A stretch of 64,000 nucleotides of DNA from assembly GCA_964016885.1 (NCBI GenBank), contig OZ024742.1:175398001-175462000 (forward strand), given 5' to 3'. Position numbers and translations under genes: made by a program. Of the stretch, positions 37,470-51,302 are shown in pieces. Every line of letters starts with the position of its first letter. The stretch's first letter is position 1. Under the pieces are notes generated by a model. The model was given only the letters and a program-made list of their open reading frames with translations. It did not search any database and was not told where the DNA came from. The DNA is from Eledone cirrhosa. Its lineage: Eukaryota.

Positions 37470-38421
37470 ATTATTTTCATGAACAGGATTGACATGTGCA
37501 GTCAGGTTTGAATTGGTATCATCACTGGGTAAAATCTGGTATCATCACTGGGTAAAATCTGGTATCATCACTGGGTAATCATGAGGTAAAAGGAAGTTGG
37601 CTGGAATTTGCAGATGACATGGTGTTACTGAATGCGACGGAAGGTGATGTCCAGCTTGCACTTGATAGATTTGATGCTGAGTGCTGCATGGCTGGAATAA
37701 AAATTTGTGCTGCGAAAACAGAGACACTCATCCTCTCAAGAAAACCTGTGTAGTGCATTCTACGTATGAATGGAGTTCCACTGAAGCAGATAGAGAAGTT
37801 CAAGTATCCTGGAGCCATCTTCATGAATTGATCGAAGGCAGAAAGCTGAATCAAGTGCAAAAATTGTAAGAGCTTTGTGCCGGCTTCAGCATTCAGTAAT
37901 TAGAAGAAGGGAGGTAGTTGTAAAAGCCAAACTCACTAACTTCAATTCGGTATTTGTGCCAACCCTTAACTATGGACTTGAATTTTGGGTAATGACCGAA
38001 AGAATATCATTGTGAATACAAGCTGCCGAAATTGAGTTCCTCTGAAGAGCCTTCAGAGTAATGTTACTCGATAGAGTGCATAGCTCGCAGATCAGAGAGT
38101 CACTCCAAGTAGAGCAGCTACTTCTCCAAATTGAGAAATCACAACTCTGATACTATGGGCATGTGGTTAGAATGTCTCAGGAAAGAATCTCTGGGCAGAT
38201 TTTACAGGCAAAATGAACCGGCAGGAAACCCAGTGGTAGACTGCGGGCAAGATGGTTGGATAACATCTCTGCACTTGGCTAGTCACACTTGTGGATCCAG
38301 CTGGATCAGTTAGAGATGGTTGCTTCTGACAGGACCCACTGGAAGGAGTGTCTGAGGACACTGCCTCCATGATCTTCTCAAGAAGAAGAAGAAGAAGAAG
38401 AAGAAGAAGAAGAAGAAGAAG
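37470..38421 (+). mobile_element. RTE (Expander/REX3-like) LINE 3' part with (GAA)n tail
   Basis: LEFADDMVLL, EKFKYPG, PTLNYGLEFWVMTE, YYGHVVRM; 23-bp unit repeated three times at 37514-37579. Confidence 0.8.
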
Positions 38422-38519
38422 AGTATTACAGTATTTTTAATTCAAAATTAATGTGAATTACAGGCTCAGTTCATGTAAAGAGCTTCCAAACTAGTTTTCT
38501 GTCCACTGAATTTCACTCA

Positions 38520-38755
38520 CATGTGGCGCCTACATTTCACATCTAACATTGGTCTGTTACCAGATTTAGAAGAGTCTACATTTCACATCTAGTATGGCTC
38601 TATTACCAAATTTTGTGGTGCTTGTATTTCACATCTGTCCAGGCACTATCACCAGCTTTAGTGGAGCCTATATTTCACATCTGGCCTGGCACTATTACCA
38701 GCTTCTGATGGTACCTACATTATACATGTGACCTGGACTTATTACCAGTTTTCCA
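38520..38755. repeat. Minisatellite, ~45-bp unit, ~5 copies
   Basis: Repeating catttcacatct...ttacca. Confidence 0.75.
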
Positions 38756-39305
38756 TTGGCTTGAATATATGAGAAAGACAGGTGGTAATGAAGCCAGGAG
38801 TCTAGTTCAGATATATACAATCAAGTGAATTCCATTAAAACAAATATTTTCAATTCATTTCACTGCTAAGATTTTCTGGCTATATTGCCAATACATTCCT
38901 ATTATCTAAAATAAATATGAAATTCACTAATTAAAATGAAGAATGTGCATTTTATGAAACTATTTCAGATTATAGGTGGCTATAGCTATATGGTTATAAA
39001 GTTCACTTCACAACATAGATGCAGGTATCACTGTGTGGTTAAGGAGTTCACTTCACAACTATGTGGTTTGTATTCAATCATACTGCCTGACATCTTTGAC
39101 AAATGATGAATGCCTTGTGAATGAAGTCAAGTAAACAGAAAAAGTGCAGAAGCATATAAAATCCCGACCACAGCACCAAGTAGTTTTGGCTTGGCACTGG
39201 GGTCGGCATTTTACATATTTTATACCCACTCTGCATCTTGCTCTGGATTGAGTACTTCCATGATGATTGATCTCCTCGATCTCAGCACAGCACCACAGAC
39301 ACACA

Positions 39306-39343
<38 letters not shown>

Positions 39344-39344
39344 G

Positions 39345-39376
<32 letters not shown>

Positions 39377-39725
39377 AAAAATATGGGAAGAAGGATACTG
39401 CGTGGTTGCACATGGGTTACATATTATAAAATTAGTCCCTCATCAGTGATTTGCCAACCGTCATTGGTATTTCATCGCATTAAAAATCATATACCTCAGG
39501 TTGGTGCGAGCAATAACTAAAATAAGCTATTGGGACAAGTGAGTCGTGTAAAGCAAGTGAGACAAGTAAACAACATAGAAGGAAAAGCAAACCGAAGATG
39601 GAAAAAAAACAAGCAACATGGTTATCCGATCAGCATATATATATAAATATATATAAATTTATATATATATGCATAAATCTATGTATGAATGTATCTGTGT
39701 GTGTACCTTATATATATATATATAT

Positions 39726-40637
39726 CATCATCATCACTGTTTTACGTCCGTTCTTCCACGCTAGCATGGGTTAGACGGGGTGTCATGTTGTGGGCAGTAG
39801 CTGGTCGGCTGACCATGCCTTGCTCATGCGGGAACTGATTCTGGCTTGATTTCTACAGCTGGATGCCCTTCCTAACACCAAACTTATTTACAGTTGTGTG
39901 CTGGGTGCTTTTTTCCATGGTGCATACATGTCTACTTTTACAGTGTGGGCTGAGTGCTTTTGTCCCGTGACACCTCCACGACCACTTTGCAGTGGGAGGG
40001 TGTGGGGCATATTGTCTATATGCTTCAGCTTTGGATTGTACCCGTGGGAGGTTGGGTCTTCTGTATTACTGCGTGACACCAGAGGTCACGGCCTTTGAGA
40101 TGTGTAATTGGGTAAGGTCGGCTTTTATCACCTCATCCCAGGTCTCCCCACTCCGCGGTTTCCATCGACTTCTAGTGCTCTGCACTTTTTTATACAGCTG
40201 TCATCCTTCATACACATCACATGTCCATACCAATGCACCCGCCACTCCTGCACACAGCATTTGATTCCTCTTATGCTCAGTCTCTCTCTCAATTCGTATA
40301 TGCTTTGCCGTTCGCGTATATTACTATTACACATCCATCGGAGCATGCAGGCTTCATTTCTTTCTAATCTATGCAAGTCTTCCACAGACAGCGCCCAGGT
40401 CTCACTACCATGTAACATTGCTATTCGTATACACGCATCATACAGTCTGCCTTTCATTTTGAGGGAAAAGCCTTTTACAGCTAGCAGTGGCAGTTGCTCA
40501 CTGAACTTCTTCCATCCCGTTCTTACCCTAGTTATTGTACTTTCCAAACACGCACCTCTGCTACTAATTCGGTCAACTAGGTAGCAGAAGGTGTCTACTG
40601 TTTCTATAGAGCCCTCCCAGAGTTTGGTGGTACTTCA
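39726..40637 (-). mobile_element. RTE family C 3' part inside (TA)n
   Basis: ORF 40128-40547 (MLHGSETW, WYGHV); UTR shares its body with SINE S2. Confidence 0.88.
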
Positions 40638-40652
40638 TATATATATATATAT

Positions 40653-41103
<451 letters not shown>

Positions 41104-41138
41104 AATATGTTGATGACATATGTATATTATATGTATAT

Positions 41139-43202
41139 CATCATCATCATCATCAACGTTTAACGTCCGTGTTCCATGCTTGCATGGGTTTGGACGGGGG
41201 TAGTCCCACTTGAGGCAAGAGTGATTGTCTTGCTCGCATAGGACTGTCTGGCAGGTTTTCTACAGTTGGATGCCCTTCCTAACACCAACCACATTTACAG
41301 TGTGGGTCTGGGAGGTTTTTACCGTGTTGCCTACACGGCCACATTACAGCGTGGACTGTGTGTTTTTTTGTCGTGACACCTACACGATCTCATTTGTTTC
41401 GGCCTGGATGGCGCGGCACCAACATAACTTTACATAGAACGGGGTGGTGTGGATGGGGTGGGGGTGGTGGCGGGACGGGGTGTATTTTGTTAGAGATGCC
41501 TACTGGCAAGGCGGGTCTTCTCTGTTACTGAGTACCGCCAAAGGTCTCGGTCCAGTGACATTGTCTTGGAGAGGTGTAAGTGTGTGAGGTCAGAGTTTAT
41601 CAGCTCATCCCAGGTTTTTCTAGGTCTGCCTATTCCGTGGCTATCGTCTATCTTTATTGCCCTGCACTTTGTTATACAGCTATCGACTTTCATGCGCATC
41701 ACGTGTCCATACCAACGCAGCCTTCTCTCGAGTAAACAACATCTGATCCCTCTTATCTCTAATTTTTTCCTTAGTTCGTTTATGCTTTGCCGTTCACGTA
41801 TATTACTGTTACACATCCAGCGGAGTATGCAAGCTTCATTCCTCTCTAGTCTGCGTATATCCTCTGCACACAATGCCCAGGTCTCACTACCATGCAACAT
41901 TGCTGTTCGTATGCAGGCATCGTACAACCTGCCTTTCATTTTTAGGGAGAACCCTTTAGCAGCTAATAGTGGTATAAGCTCTCTGAACTTTTTCCAACCA
42001 GTTCTGACTCTAGCTACAGTACTTTCAGAGCACCCTCCCCCACTGCTGATTTTATCGCCCAGGTAACGGAAGCTGTCCACTATTTCTATAGAACCCTCTG
42101 CGCAATTGAAAGAGCTAGTATTTAGTGGGCACTTGCTGCTACTTATTGCACCAGAACACTGGCCACATGTAAAATCTATGTTCTTAGTTAGCTTACCTGT
42201 GATCCCACTACATCTTTTATGCACCCATACTTTGCATTTAGGACATAAAATGGAGTTTCTACACACCGAGCCGTTCCTACACACCGAGCACGACCATTTT
42301 TCAGAAGGGACCGCCGCCTTGTTTTCTTTCCTACAAACTAGAACTTTGGTCTTAGCCAGGTTAATTTTAAGTCCTTTTGACTCTAGGCCGTGCTTCCATG
42401 TTTGGAATTTCTTCTCTAGCTCGGCCATTGATTCCGCTATGAGTGTCAGGTCGTCTGCGTATAGGAGTTCCCATGGGCAGCCTGTCTTGAACTCCTCTGT
42501 TATAGCCTGAAGGGCAATAATAAATAGTAGGGGGCTGAGAACAGAGCCCTGATGGACGCCAACTTTTACGCTAAACACTTCACTATATTCGTTGTTAATT
42601 CTAACCTTGCTGGCTGTTTCTTTATACATGGCTTGTATAGCCCTTACAAGCCATTCGTCAACGCCTAGTTTTCTAAGAGCCCACCAGATAATGGAGCGGG
42701 GGACTCTGTCGAAGGCTTTCTCCAGGTCGACAAAAGCTAAGTATAGAGGTTTACCTTTAGCTAGGTACTTCTCCTGTAGTTGTCGTACTATGAAAAGAGC
42801 GTCTGTGGTGCTTTTGCCTGACACAAACCCGAACTGCATTTCATCTAGGTCAATTCTCTCTCTGATTAGTTGCGCTATTACTTTTTCCGTGACCTTCATG
42901 ACCTGGTCGATTAATTTAATGCCTCTATAGTTACTCCTATCTAGGGCGTCTCCTTTACCCTTATAACAGTTAACGATGATGCTGCTATGCCAGTCCTTCG
43001 GAACAACCCCATTCTGTACGACTTGGTTAATTATGCGGGTGACCATGGTGTGTCCCACCGTGCCAGATGCCTTCAGCATCTCAGCAACTATTTCCGAAGG
43101 CCCAGCCGCCTTACCCGTCTTCATATCCTTGATTGCCTTACTTATTATACTCCCCTCGACTAACACTGCTGGTCCCTCTATTGGGTCGATATGGGGGAGA
43201 CT
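41139..43202 (-). mobile_element. RTE family A, 5'-truncated, with an intact 558-aa RT-PHD frame
   Basis: ORF 41490-43166: NYRGIKL, DLEKAFD, HQGSVLSP, LLYADD, C4HC3 finger. Confidence 0.95.
41490..43166 (-). CDS. RTE reverse transcriptase with embedded PHD finger (N-truncated)
   Basis: Uninterrupted reading frame with RT motifs. Confidence 0.85.
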   Translation of the reverse strand: MLVEGSIISKAIKDMKTGKAAGPSEIVAEMLKASGTVGHTMVTRIINQVVQNGVVPKDWHSSIIVNCYKGKGDALDRSNYRGIKLIDQVMKVTEKVIAQLIRERIDLDEMQFGFVSGKSTTDALFIVRQLQEKYLAKGKPLYLAFVDLEKAFDRVPRSIIWWALRKLGVDEWLVRAIQAMYKETASKVRINNEYSEVFSVKVGVHQGSVLSPLLFIIALQAITEEFKTGCPWELLYADDLTLIAESMAELEKKFQTWKHGLESKGLKINLAKTKVLVCRKENKAAVPSEKWSCSVCRNGSVCRNSILCPKCKVWVHKRCSGITGKLTKNIDFTCGQCSGAISSSKCPLNTSSFNCAEGSIEIVDSFRYLGDKISSGGGCSESTVARVRTGWKKFRELIPLLAAKGFSLKMKGRLYDACIRTAMLHGSETWALCAEDIRRLERNEACILRWMCNSNIRERQSINELRKKLEIRGIRCCLLERRLRWYGHVMRMKVDSCITKCRAIKIDDSHGIGRPRKTWDELINSDLTHLHLSKTMSLDRDLWRYSVTEKTRLASRHL

Positions 43203-43256
43203 ATATATATATATATATATATATATTACATGTATATATGTATATTATATATATAT

Positions 43257-46200
43257 CATCATCATCTTCATCATTTTACGTCCGCTTTTCCCTGCTTGCA
43301 AGGGTGGGATGGGTCTTATACAGCACAGCATCTCTCCACTTGTCACGGTCCTTCGTCAACTCCACTGTGAGCTTCAGCAATCTGAGGTCTGTTCTCACCA
43401 CCTCCGCCCATGTTTTTTGTGGTCTACTTCTACCACGACTTCCTTCAACTGGCATTTCCTGGCACTTCTTCCCCCATCGGTCATCCTCCATGTGCATCAC
43501 ATGTCCATACCACCTCAGTCTCTTCTCTCGCACACTACATTCTATCCCTCTCAGGCACAGTTTCTCTCTCAACACATTCATGCTGGGTCGTTCACGCACA
43601 TTGACATTGCACATCCAACGGAGCATGCTTGCCTCATTTCTCTCCAGCCGTCGCATATCCTCTGCAGTTGCTGCCCATGTCTCACTACCATGCAGCATCG
43701 CGCACCTCACACAGGCATCAAATTACAGGCCTTTTGTATGCAGGGAGAAACCCTTCTTCATCAGCAGAGGAAGCAGCTCCCTAAACTTCTTCCAACCCGT
43801 CCTTATTCTAGATACTATGACCTCAGAACCCCTCCTCTCCCATGCTAATCTAATCTCCTAGGTACCGGAAGTTATCTACCACTTCTATAGCACCCGACTG
43901 CATTCATCTGAAAAATGTGTCTATCAATGCCACTTCTACTGTCTAATTTCCCTGTACATCTACTGCATGCCTATTTCTCCCTACCTGTTAGTTTGCCTGC
44001 TATCACATTACATCTCTTGTGTACCCAGGATCAGCATTGTGTGCATTTTATAGAATTTATGCCAGTTTCTTTTCTGCATATCGAACATGGCCATGTCCCT
44101 GATGGTATCAGAGTTTTGTCCTCTTTTCTACTCATCAACACTTTTGTCTTAGCTAGGTTCACTCTTAGTCCTCTTGCTTCCAACTGCTGTTTCCATAGCC
44201 AGAATTTATTCACTTGCTCCTCTACTGATTCTGCTATAAGAACCAGATCGTCAGCATGGAGAAGTTCCAATGGACAGCCAGTCTTAAACTCCTCTGTTAT
44301 GGCTTGGAGTACTATAATGAACAAGAGCGGGCTGAGGACCGAACCTTGATGTACTCCTACATGTATTTGGAATTCCTCACTAAACTCCATTTCTACCCTA
44401 ACTTTACTGACAGTACTCTGTACAAAGTTTGCACTGTCCTCACAAGCCATTCCTCAACACCTAGTTTCCTTAGGGACCACCAGATGACAGATCGGGGTAC
44501 CCTATCAAAGACCTTCTCTAGGTCAACAAAGGCTAAGTATAGTGGCTTATTTATCTTTAAGAACCTCTCTTGCAATTGTCTCACCAAGAAGAGGGCATCT
44601 GTTGTACTCTTCCCAGGCACAAAACCAAACTGCATCTCATCTAGTTTGACCCTTTCTCTAATTAGTTGTGCTAATATCCTTTCTGCCACTTTCATGACCT
44701 GATCCATCAGATTTATTCCCCTATAATTGCTTCTCTCCAGAGCATCCCCTTTACTTTTGTAGCAATTTATGAGAATACTGCTGCACCAGTCTTTGGGTAT
44801 GACACCACCATATATAGCCTGATTGATGATGCGTGCAACCAGTTTAGTGCCTACGTCCCCTGATGCCTTCAGCATCTCAGCAACTATCCCCGATGGTCCA
44901 GCAGCCTTACCATTTTTCATTTCCTTAATCGCCTCTTGGACCCCATATTCGTCAATCTCAATAGCTGGTCCCTCTGTCGGATCTACTGGGGGTAATTTCT
45001 CTCTCTCCCATTCGTTCTCCACATTCATCAGTCTCTCATAATGACATGTCTAGGCCTCCTTTTTCTGATCATTCGTGACACTAAGTACACCGGCATCATT
45101 CCAGACACATTTATCTCCAACAACATCCTGATTTGCATTGACACACTGCCTTGCAATGTGGAACACTGCACGCCTCTGATCTTCCCGTCGCAGAACATTG
45201 GTAAACCTCCTACTCTCAGCCTCCCTGCATGCTAAGTAAACCTGACGTCTAGCTTCTCTCTTAGAGGCTGTATATCCTTCCCTACTCCCACCCTTTTTCC
45301 AAGCTTTCCATGCTAGTCTCTTATCTCTAATGGCCTTATCTACTGTGCTGTTCCACCACCAGGTCACTCTCTGTCTGGTTGGAGCTCTGCTCCAGCCACA
45401 AGTTTCATTAGTAGCCTTCAGTAAGTTGTCACGTAAGAAATTCCATCATTACCTATGTCATACATCTCTAAACCGTCTTCATTTTCGTCATACACATCTT
45501 GAAGGGCTTTCCTAAATTTGTATTTTAGTGAAAGGTCTTTTAGCTTCCAGACCTTTCTTCTCCACACCTTACTGTATGTCTCATTCCATCTCTTGCTTAC
45601 TGAGATATGACTAACGACTAACCTATGCTGTGGTGTACATTCTTCCCCAGGGTTTCATCAGTAGCCTTCAGTAAGTTGTCACGTAAGAAATTCCAGTTAT
45701 TATCTATGTCATACGTCTCTAAATCGTCTTCTTTTTCGTCATACACATCTTGAAGGACTTTTCTAAATTTGTATTTTAGTGAAAGATCTTTTAGCTTCCA
45801 GACCTTTCTTCTCCACATGTATGTCTCATTCTCCTGTATGTCTCATTCCATCTCTTGCTTACTGAGATATCACTAACCTATGCTGTGGGGTACATTCTTC
45901 CTCAGGGTATGCCTTGGTATTAGACACTATCTGCCTGCCCCGCTGCCTAACTAGTAAGAAGTAAATCTGGCTTATGTGCTCGCCAGATTTGTAGGTTATT
46001 AGGTGGTTGGCAGGTTTCTGGAAATTAGTGTTGCAAATAGTCAGTGTACTTGCATCACAAAATTCAAGAAGTCTCACTCCTTCTTCATTTCTTGCGCTGT
46101 AACCGTGCCCACCATGTACCCCCAGTGTAACCATCCTGGAGCTGTCCAACATGACCATTGAAGTCCTCTGCTAGCATAACGATGTCTCCGTCCTCTGTCA

Positions 46201-46760
46201 TTGCGGTTGATGTAAATGTTGCTCGTAAAAGCAGTCTTTCTCTGCTTTTCCTAGGCCTGCTTGGGGAGCATAGGCAGAGATGATTGTCAGTAGTCTCCTG
46301 CCTACAACTAATCTAAGCTTAATTATTCGATTACTAACTCGAACTACCTCTATTGTCTTATTGATCCATCTCTCAGCCAGGGTAATGCCTACTCCCCCTA
46401 ACCCATCATCCTTACCTACCCAGAAAAGCTTATAGCTAAGATGTTTGCCTACGACTAGTCTCACAGAGGCACCTCTCCATCTCACCTCCTGCACGCAGCA
46501 GACATCCACATGCCTTCTCTCCAGCATCTCCATTATTTACGCAGATCTACCTCTGAGAGTGCCAACATTAAGTGTTGCAACTCTGAGATGCGATGTTTTC
46601 ATATTTTGTTGTTCCTATCTACTTGTTGCTGTGCTGATAATCGTTTTGGCATTGATACACTGGTTGGATGCCCTTCCTAACACCAGCGCCACTTTACAGC
46701 ATGGACAGGGTGCTTTTATTTGTGCCACCAGCACCAGAGAGGATGTCTTACTAGACTGAA
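43257..46760 (-). mobile_element. RTE family B, near full length (APE-RT-PHD), decayed
   Basis: ATG 46602 MKTSHLRVATLNVGTL; CVQEVRW, SAYAPQ; RT pieces 44393-45028, 44031-44450 and 43276-43710; the ORF runs into the tail; internal ~245-bp tandem duplication. Confidence 0.9.
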
Positions 46761-46916
46761 GGGCCCTCTCTACCCCTCCATTTTACACTATGGTCATAAA
46801 AAAACCCACTTATTGACACTCACGGCACACACACACACTCACTCATACACCAACACGCATGCAGATCAACTATAAACACACACGCCAACACTCATGCATA
46901 CAAACACACACACCAC

Positions 46917-46952
<36 letters not shown>

Positions 46953-47184
46953 GACCGTCAGTACTGATACAAAATCAAAATCATGTCAACTGTTGAATTT
47001 TCCAGTCCAGTTCAGTTTTTATATAATAATAATAATAATTGTTTGCTTTACAGCAAAGAGCAACGGCTCTCCACTCTCCGGGCCTAAAAAACAAGGCACC
47101 AGCAATGCGCTGTGTCAATCGCTGCCCCGTGCCAAGAAAGAATAGTCATTTAGTATTATTATTAGAGTTGTTTTTAAGGCCTGA

Positions 47185-47665
47185 TCGCTGGTGATGGTGT
47201 CAGTGATGGTGAAGGTGGTGGCCGTGGATGGTGTCAGTGATGGTGGTGGTGGTGGTGGTGGATGGTGCCAGTAATGGTGGTGGTGGTGGTAGTGGTGGTG
47301 GTGAAGGTGGTGGATGGTGTCAGTGATGGTGATGGCGGTGGTGGATAGTGTCAGTGATTGTGGCGATGGTGGATGGTGGCGATGGTGTGGTGGTGGTTGT
47401 GGTGGTGGTTAAGGTGGTGGATGGTGTCAGTATGGTGATGGTGGTGGTGGTGGTGGATCGTGTCGGTGATGGCGGTGGCAGTTGTTGTTGTCGTTGTTAT
47501 TGTTTTTCTTGCTGTTGCTGTTGTTCTTGTTGTTGTTGTTGCTGCTGCTGCCGTTGTTGTTGTTCATTTCACTAATGCTGCTGCTGCAGACAATGGTGCT
47601 GTTGCTGTTGTTGTTGGTGTCGCTGTAGTTGTAGTTGCTGTTGTTGGTGTATTTGTTGCTGTGTT
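47185..47665. repeat. GGT/GAT then GTT/GCT low-complexity tract
   Basis: Visible trinucleotide repeats, with a recurring ggtggatggtgtcagtgat subunit. Confidence 0.85.
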
Positions 47666-48125
47666 GAAATCTGGTCGCATCCACAGATATATATATACAT
47701 ATATACACACACATACATATATATATATACACACACACACACATACAACAAAGGAGTTAGCAGTTTGTCAACAGGTCACCCACCTTAGATAGGGTAATAA
47801 CTTATGTGGTGGTGGTGGGGAGCGAGTGTAGACGTTATTGTGGTGGCAGGGGGCAGTGAGATGTACAAGTTCTTAGTACCACTTGTCCCTTTTCCTCTCT
47901 TTTCAAAATTTGAATTCATGGCCTTTTGCAATGGCGGACAAATAAGCGTAAAATGTAAAATTTTTAAAAAATATATGGAATATTTCTGTAGCTTCCATAG
48001 CTTTTGTCAGAACATTTCCCGGCGTCCAATGAGCAAAAATGTTGTTGTATTTTGGTCTTTTAGAATACGAAAATTAGTAAAACCTTACCCCCGCTAAAAA
48101 CCGTGTGTTGTCCTATCTATGAGCT

Positions 48126-48168
<43 letters not shown>

Positions 48169-48205
48169 TATATCTATGCATGAATGTATCTGTGTGTGTG
48201 TACCT

Positions 48206-48259
<54 letters not shown>

Positions 48260-48271
48260 TATGTATATATG

Positions 48272-48309
<38 letters not shown>

Positions 48310-48358
48310 TATATATATATATATATCATATATATATATGTACATTATATATATATAT

Positions 48359-48652
48359 CATCATGATCATCGTTTAACGTCCATCTTCCACGCTTGCATG
48401 GGTTTGGACGGGAGTTTTCCCACTTGAGGCAAGATTGGTTGTCCTGCTCGTATAGGACTGTCTGGCGGGTTTTCTACGGCTGGATGCCCTTCCTAACACC
48501 AACCACCTTTACAGTGTGAACTGGGAGGTTTTTACCGTGTTACCTGTACGGCCACATTACAGTGTGTTTTTTTTTTCGTCTTGACACCAACACGTTTGGC
48601 GGGTTTCCTACGGCTGGATGCCTTTCCTAACACCAACCACGTTTACAGCGTT
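48359..48652 (-). mobile_element. RTE family A 3' UTR stub
   Basis: Inverted near-copy of 50660-50895; preceded by a long (TA)n. Confidence 0.85.
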
Positions 48653-48675
48653 TATATCATCATCATCATGGTGAG

Positions 48676-50909
48676 GTGTTCAGGATTGCTAGGCAATGTG
48701 TCAAGGAAAACCGTGATATTGTCGGGGAGAAGTGTGTCCTTAATGATGATAGTGTACTTGCCATCACTGATGCTGATAAGAAGGTAGCTTGGAAGTGTCA
48801 CTACGAAAGGCTACTAAATGAGGAGAATAAATGGGAGAAAGACAGTCTCCCCCACATCGATCCAATAGAGTGACTAGCAGTGCTAGTTGATGTTAGTATA
48901 ATAAGTAAGGTAATCAAAGATATGAAGACGGGTAAGGCGGCTGGACCTTCGGAAATAGTTGCTGAAATGCTGAAAGCATCTGGACCAGTGGGACACACTA
49001 TGGTCACCCGGATAGTCATACAGAATGGGGCCGTTCCGAAGGACTGGCGTAGTAGCAGCATCATTAACTGCTACAAGGGTAAAGGAGATGCACTAGATAA
49101 GGGTAACTATAGAGGCTTTAAATTAATCGACCAGGTCATGATGGTCACAGAAAAAGTAATAGCGCAACTAATTAGAGAACGAATTGATCTAGATGAAATG
49201 CAGTTCAGGTTTGTGTCAGGTAAAAGTACCACAGACGCTCTTTTCATTGTACGACAACTACAGGAGAAGTACCTAGCTAAAAGTAAACCCCTACACTTAG
49301 CTTTTGTTGACTTGGAGAAAGCCTTTGACAGAGTACCCCGCTCCATTATCTGGTGGGCTCTTAGAAAACTAGGTGTTGATGAATGGCTTGTGAGAGCTAT
49401 ACAAGCCATGTATAAAGAAACAGTCAGCAAGGTTAGAATTAACAACGAATATAGTGAAGAGTTTAGCGTAAAAGTTGGTGTTCATCAGGGCTCCGTTCTT
49501 AGCCCCCTACTATTTATTATTGCCCTTCAGGCTATAACAGAGGAGTTCAAGACTGGCTGCCCATGGGAACTCCTATATGCAGATGATCTAACGCTCATAG
49601 CTGAATCAATGGCTGAACTAGAGAAGAAATTCCAAACATGGAAGCACGGCCTAAAATCAAAAGGCCTTAAAGTCAACTTGTCTAAGACTAAAGTTCTAGT
49701 TTGTATGAAGGAAAATAGGGCACCGGTCCCATCTGGGAAATGGCCATGCTCAGTGTGTAGGAAAGGAGAAGGCAGAAACTACATTTTATGTCCCAAATGC
49801 AAAGTATGGGTGCATAAAAGATGTAGTGGGATCATAGGTAAGCTAACTAAGAATATAGATTTTATATGTGGCCGGTGCTCTGGTGCAATGAGTAGCAGCA
49901 AGTGCCCAAGAATACTAGTTCATTCCATTGCACAGATGGTTCTATAGAAATAGTGTACACCTTCCGTTACCTGGGTGACAAAATCAGCAGTGGGGGAGGG
50001 TGCTCTGAAAGTACAGTAGCTAGAGTCAGAATGGGATGGAAAAAGTTCAGAGAGCTTATACCACTATTGGCCGATAAAGGGTTCTCTCTAAAAATGAAAG
50101 GCAGGCTGTATGATTCCTGCATACAAACAGCATGTTACATGGCAATGAGACCTGGGCATTGTGTGCAGAGGATATACGCAGACTGGAGAGGAATGAAGCT
50201 TGCATGCTCCGCTGGATGTGTAATAGTAATATACGTGAACAGCAAAGCATAAAACGAACTAAGGGAGAAATTAGGAATAAGAGGGATCAATGTTGTTTAC
50301 TCGAGAGAAGACTACGTTGGTATGGTTACGTGATGCGTATGAAAGACGACAGCTGTATAAAAATGTGCAGGGCGATAAAAATAGACGGTAGCCACGGAGT
50401 AGGCAGACCCCAAAAATCCTGGGACGACTTGATAAATTCCGACCTCACACACTTACACCTCTCCAATACAATGTCACTGGACCGAGATTTTGGCGCTACA
50501 CAGTAATTCAGAAGACCCACCTTGCCTAAGTACAAAGCTAAACTTAATGTCAGTAGGCACCGCTAACAAAAATGCACCACTGTCTCACTACCCCCACCAC
50601 CCCCTTCAATGTGAAGTTATGTTAGTACCACAACATCCAGTCCCTAACAAATGAGGTTGTGTAGGTGTCACGACAAAAAAACACACAGTCCACGCTGTAA
50701 TTTGGCCGTGTAGGTAACACGGTAAAAACCTCCCAGTCCACACTGTAAAAGTGGTTGGTGTTAGGAAGGGCATCCAGCCGTAGAAAACCCGCCAGAGAGT
50801 CCTATACGAGCAGGACAACCAATCTTGCCTCAAGTGGGAAAACTCCCGTCCAAACCCATGCAAGCCTGGAAGATGGACGTTAAACGATGATGATGATGGT
50901 GATGATGAT
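48676..50909 (+). mobile_element. RTE family A, 5'-truncated, frameshifted
   Basis: ORFs 48880-49947, 49902-50252 and 50132-50506; 3' UTR and (GAT)n tail. Confidence 0.93.
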
Positions 50910-50924
50910 ATAATATATGTATTA

Positions 50925-51302
50925 TCATCATTATTATTTTACGTCCACTTTTCCCTGCTTGCAAAGGTTGGACAGGTCCTTTTCAGCACAGCATCTCTCC
51001 ACTTGTCACGGTCCTTTGTCATCTTCTCGGTGAGTTTCAGCGATCTGAAATCTGTTCTCACCACCTCCACCCATGTTTTTTGTGGTCTACCACTACTGTA
51101 TCTTCCATCTACTGGAATTTCTTGGCACTTCTTTACCCAGCGGTCATCCTCCATGCGCATCACATGTCCATACCATTCCAGCCTTCTCTCCTGCACACCA
51201 CATCTTATCCCTCCTATACCCAGTTTCTTTCTCAACTCGTCTATGCTTGGTTGTTCACACACATTGACATTGCACATCCAATGGAGCATACTTGCTTCAT
51301 TT
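50925..51302 (-). mobile_element. RTE family B 3' fragment
   Basis: ...RTCPTFASREKWT* homologous to 43276-43630; ends at (TA)n. Confidence 0.88.

Noticed and set aside
47348-47792. Cys-, Asn- or Val-rich ORFs
   Set aside because: Trinucleotide low-complexity tract open in several frames.
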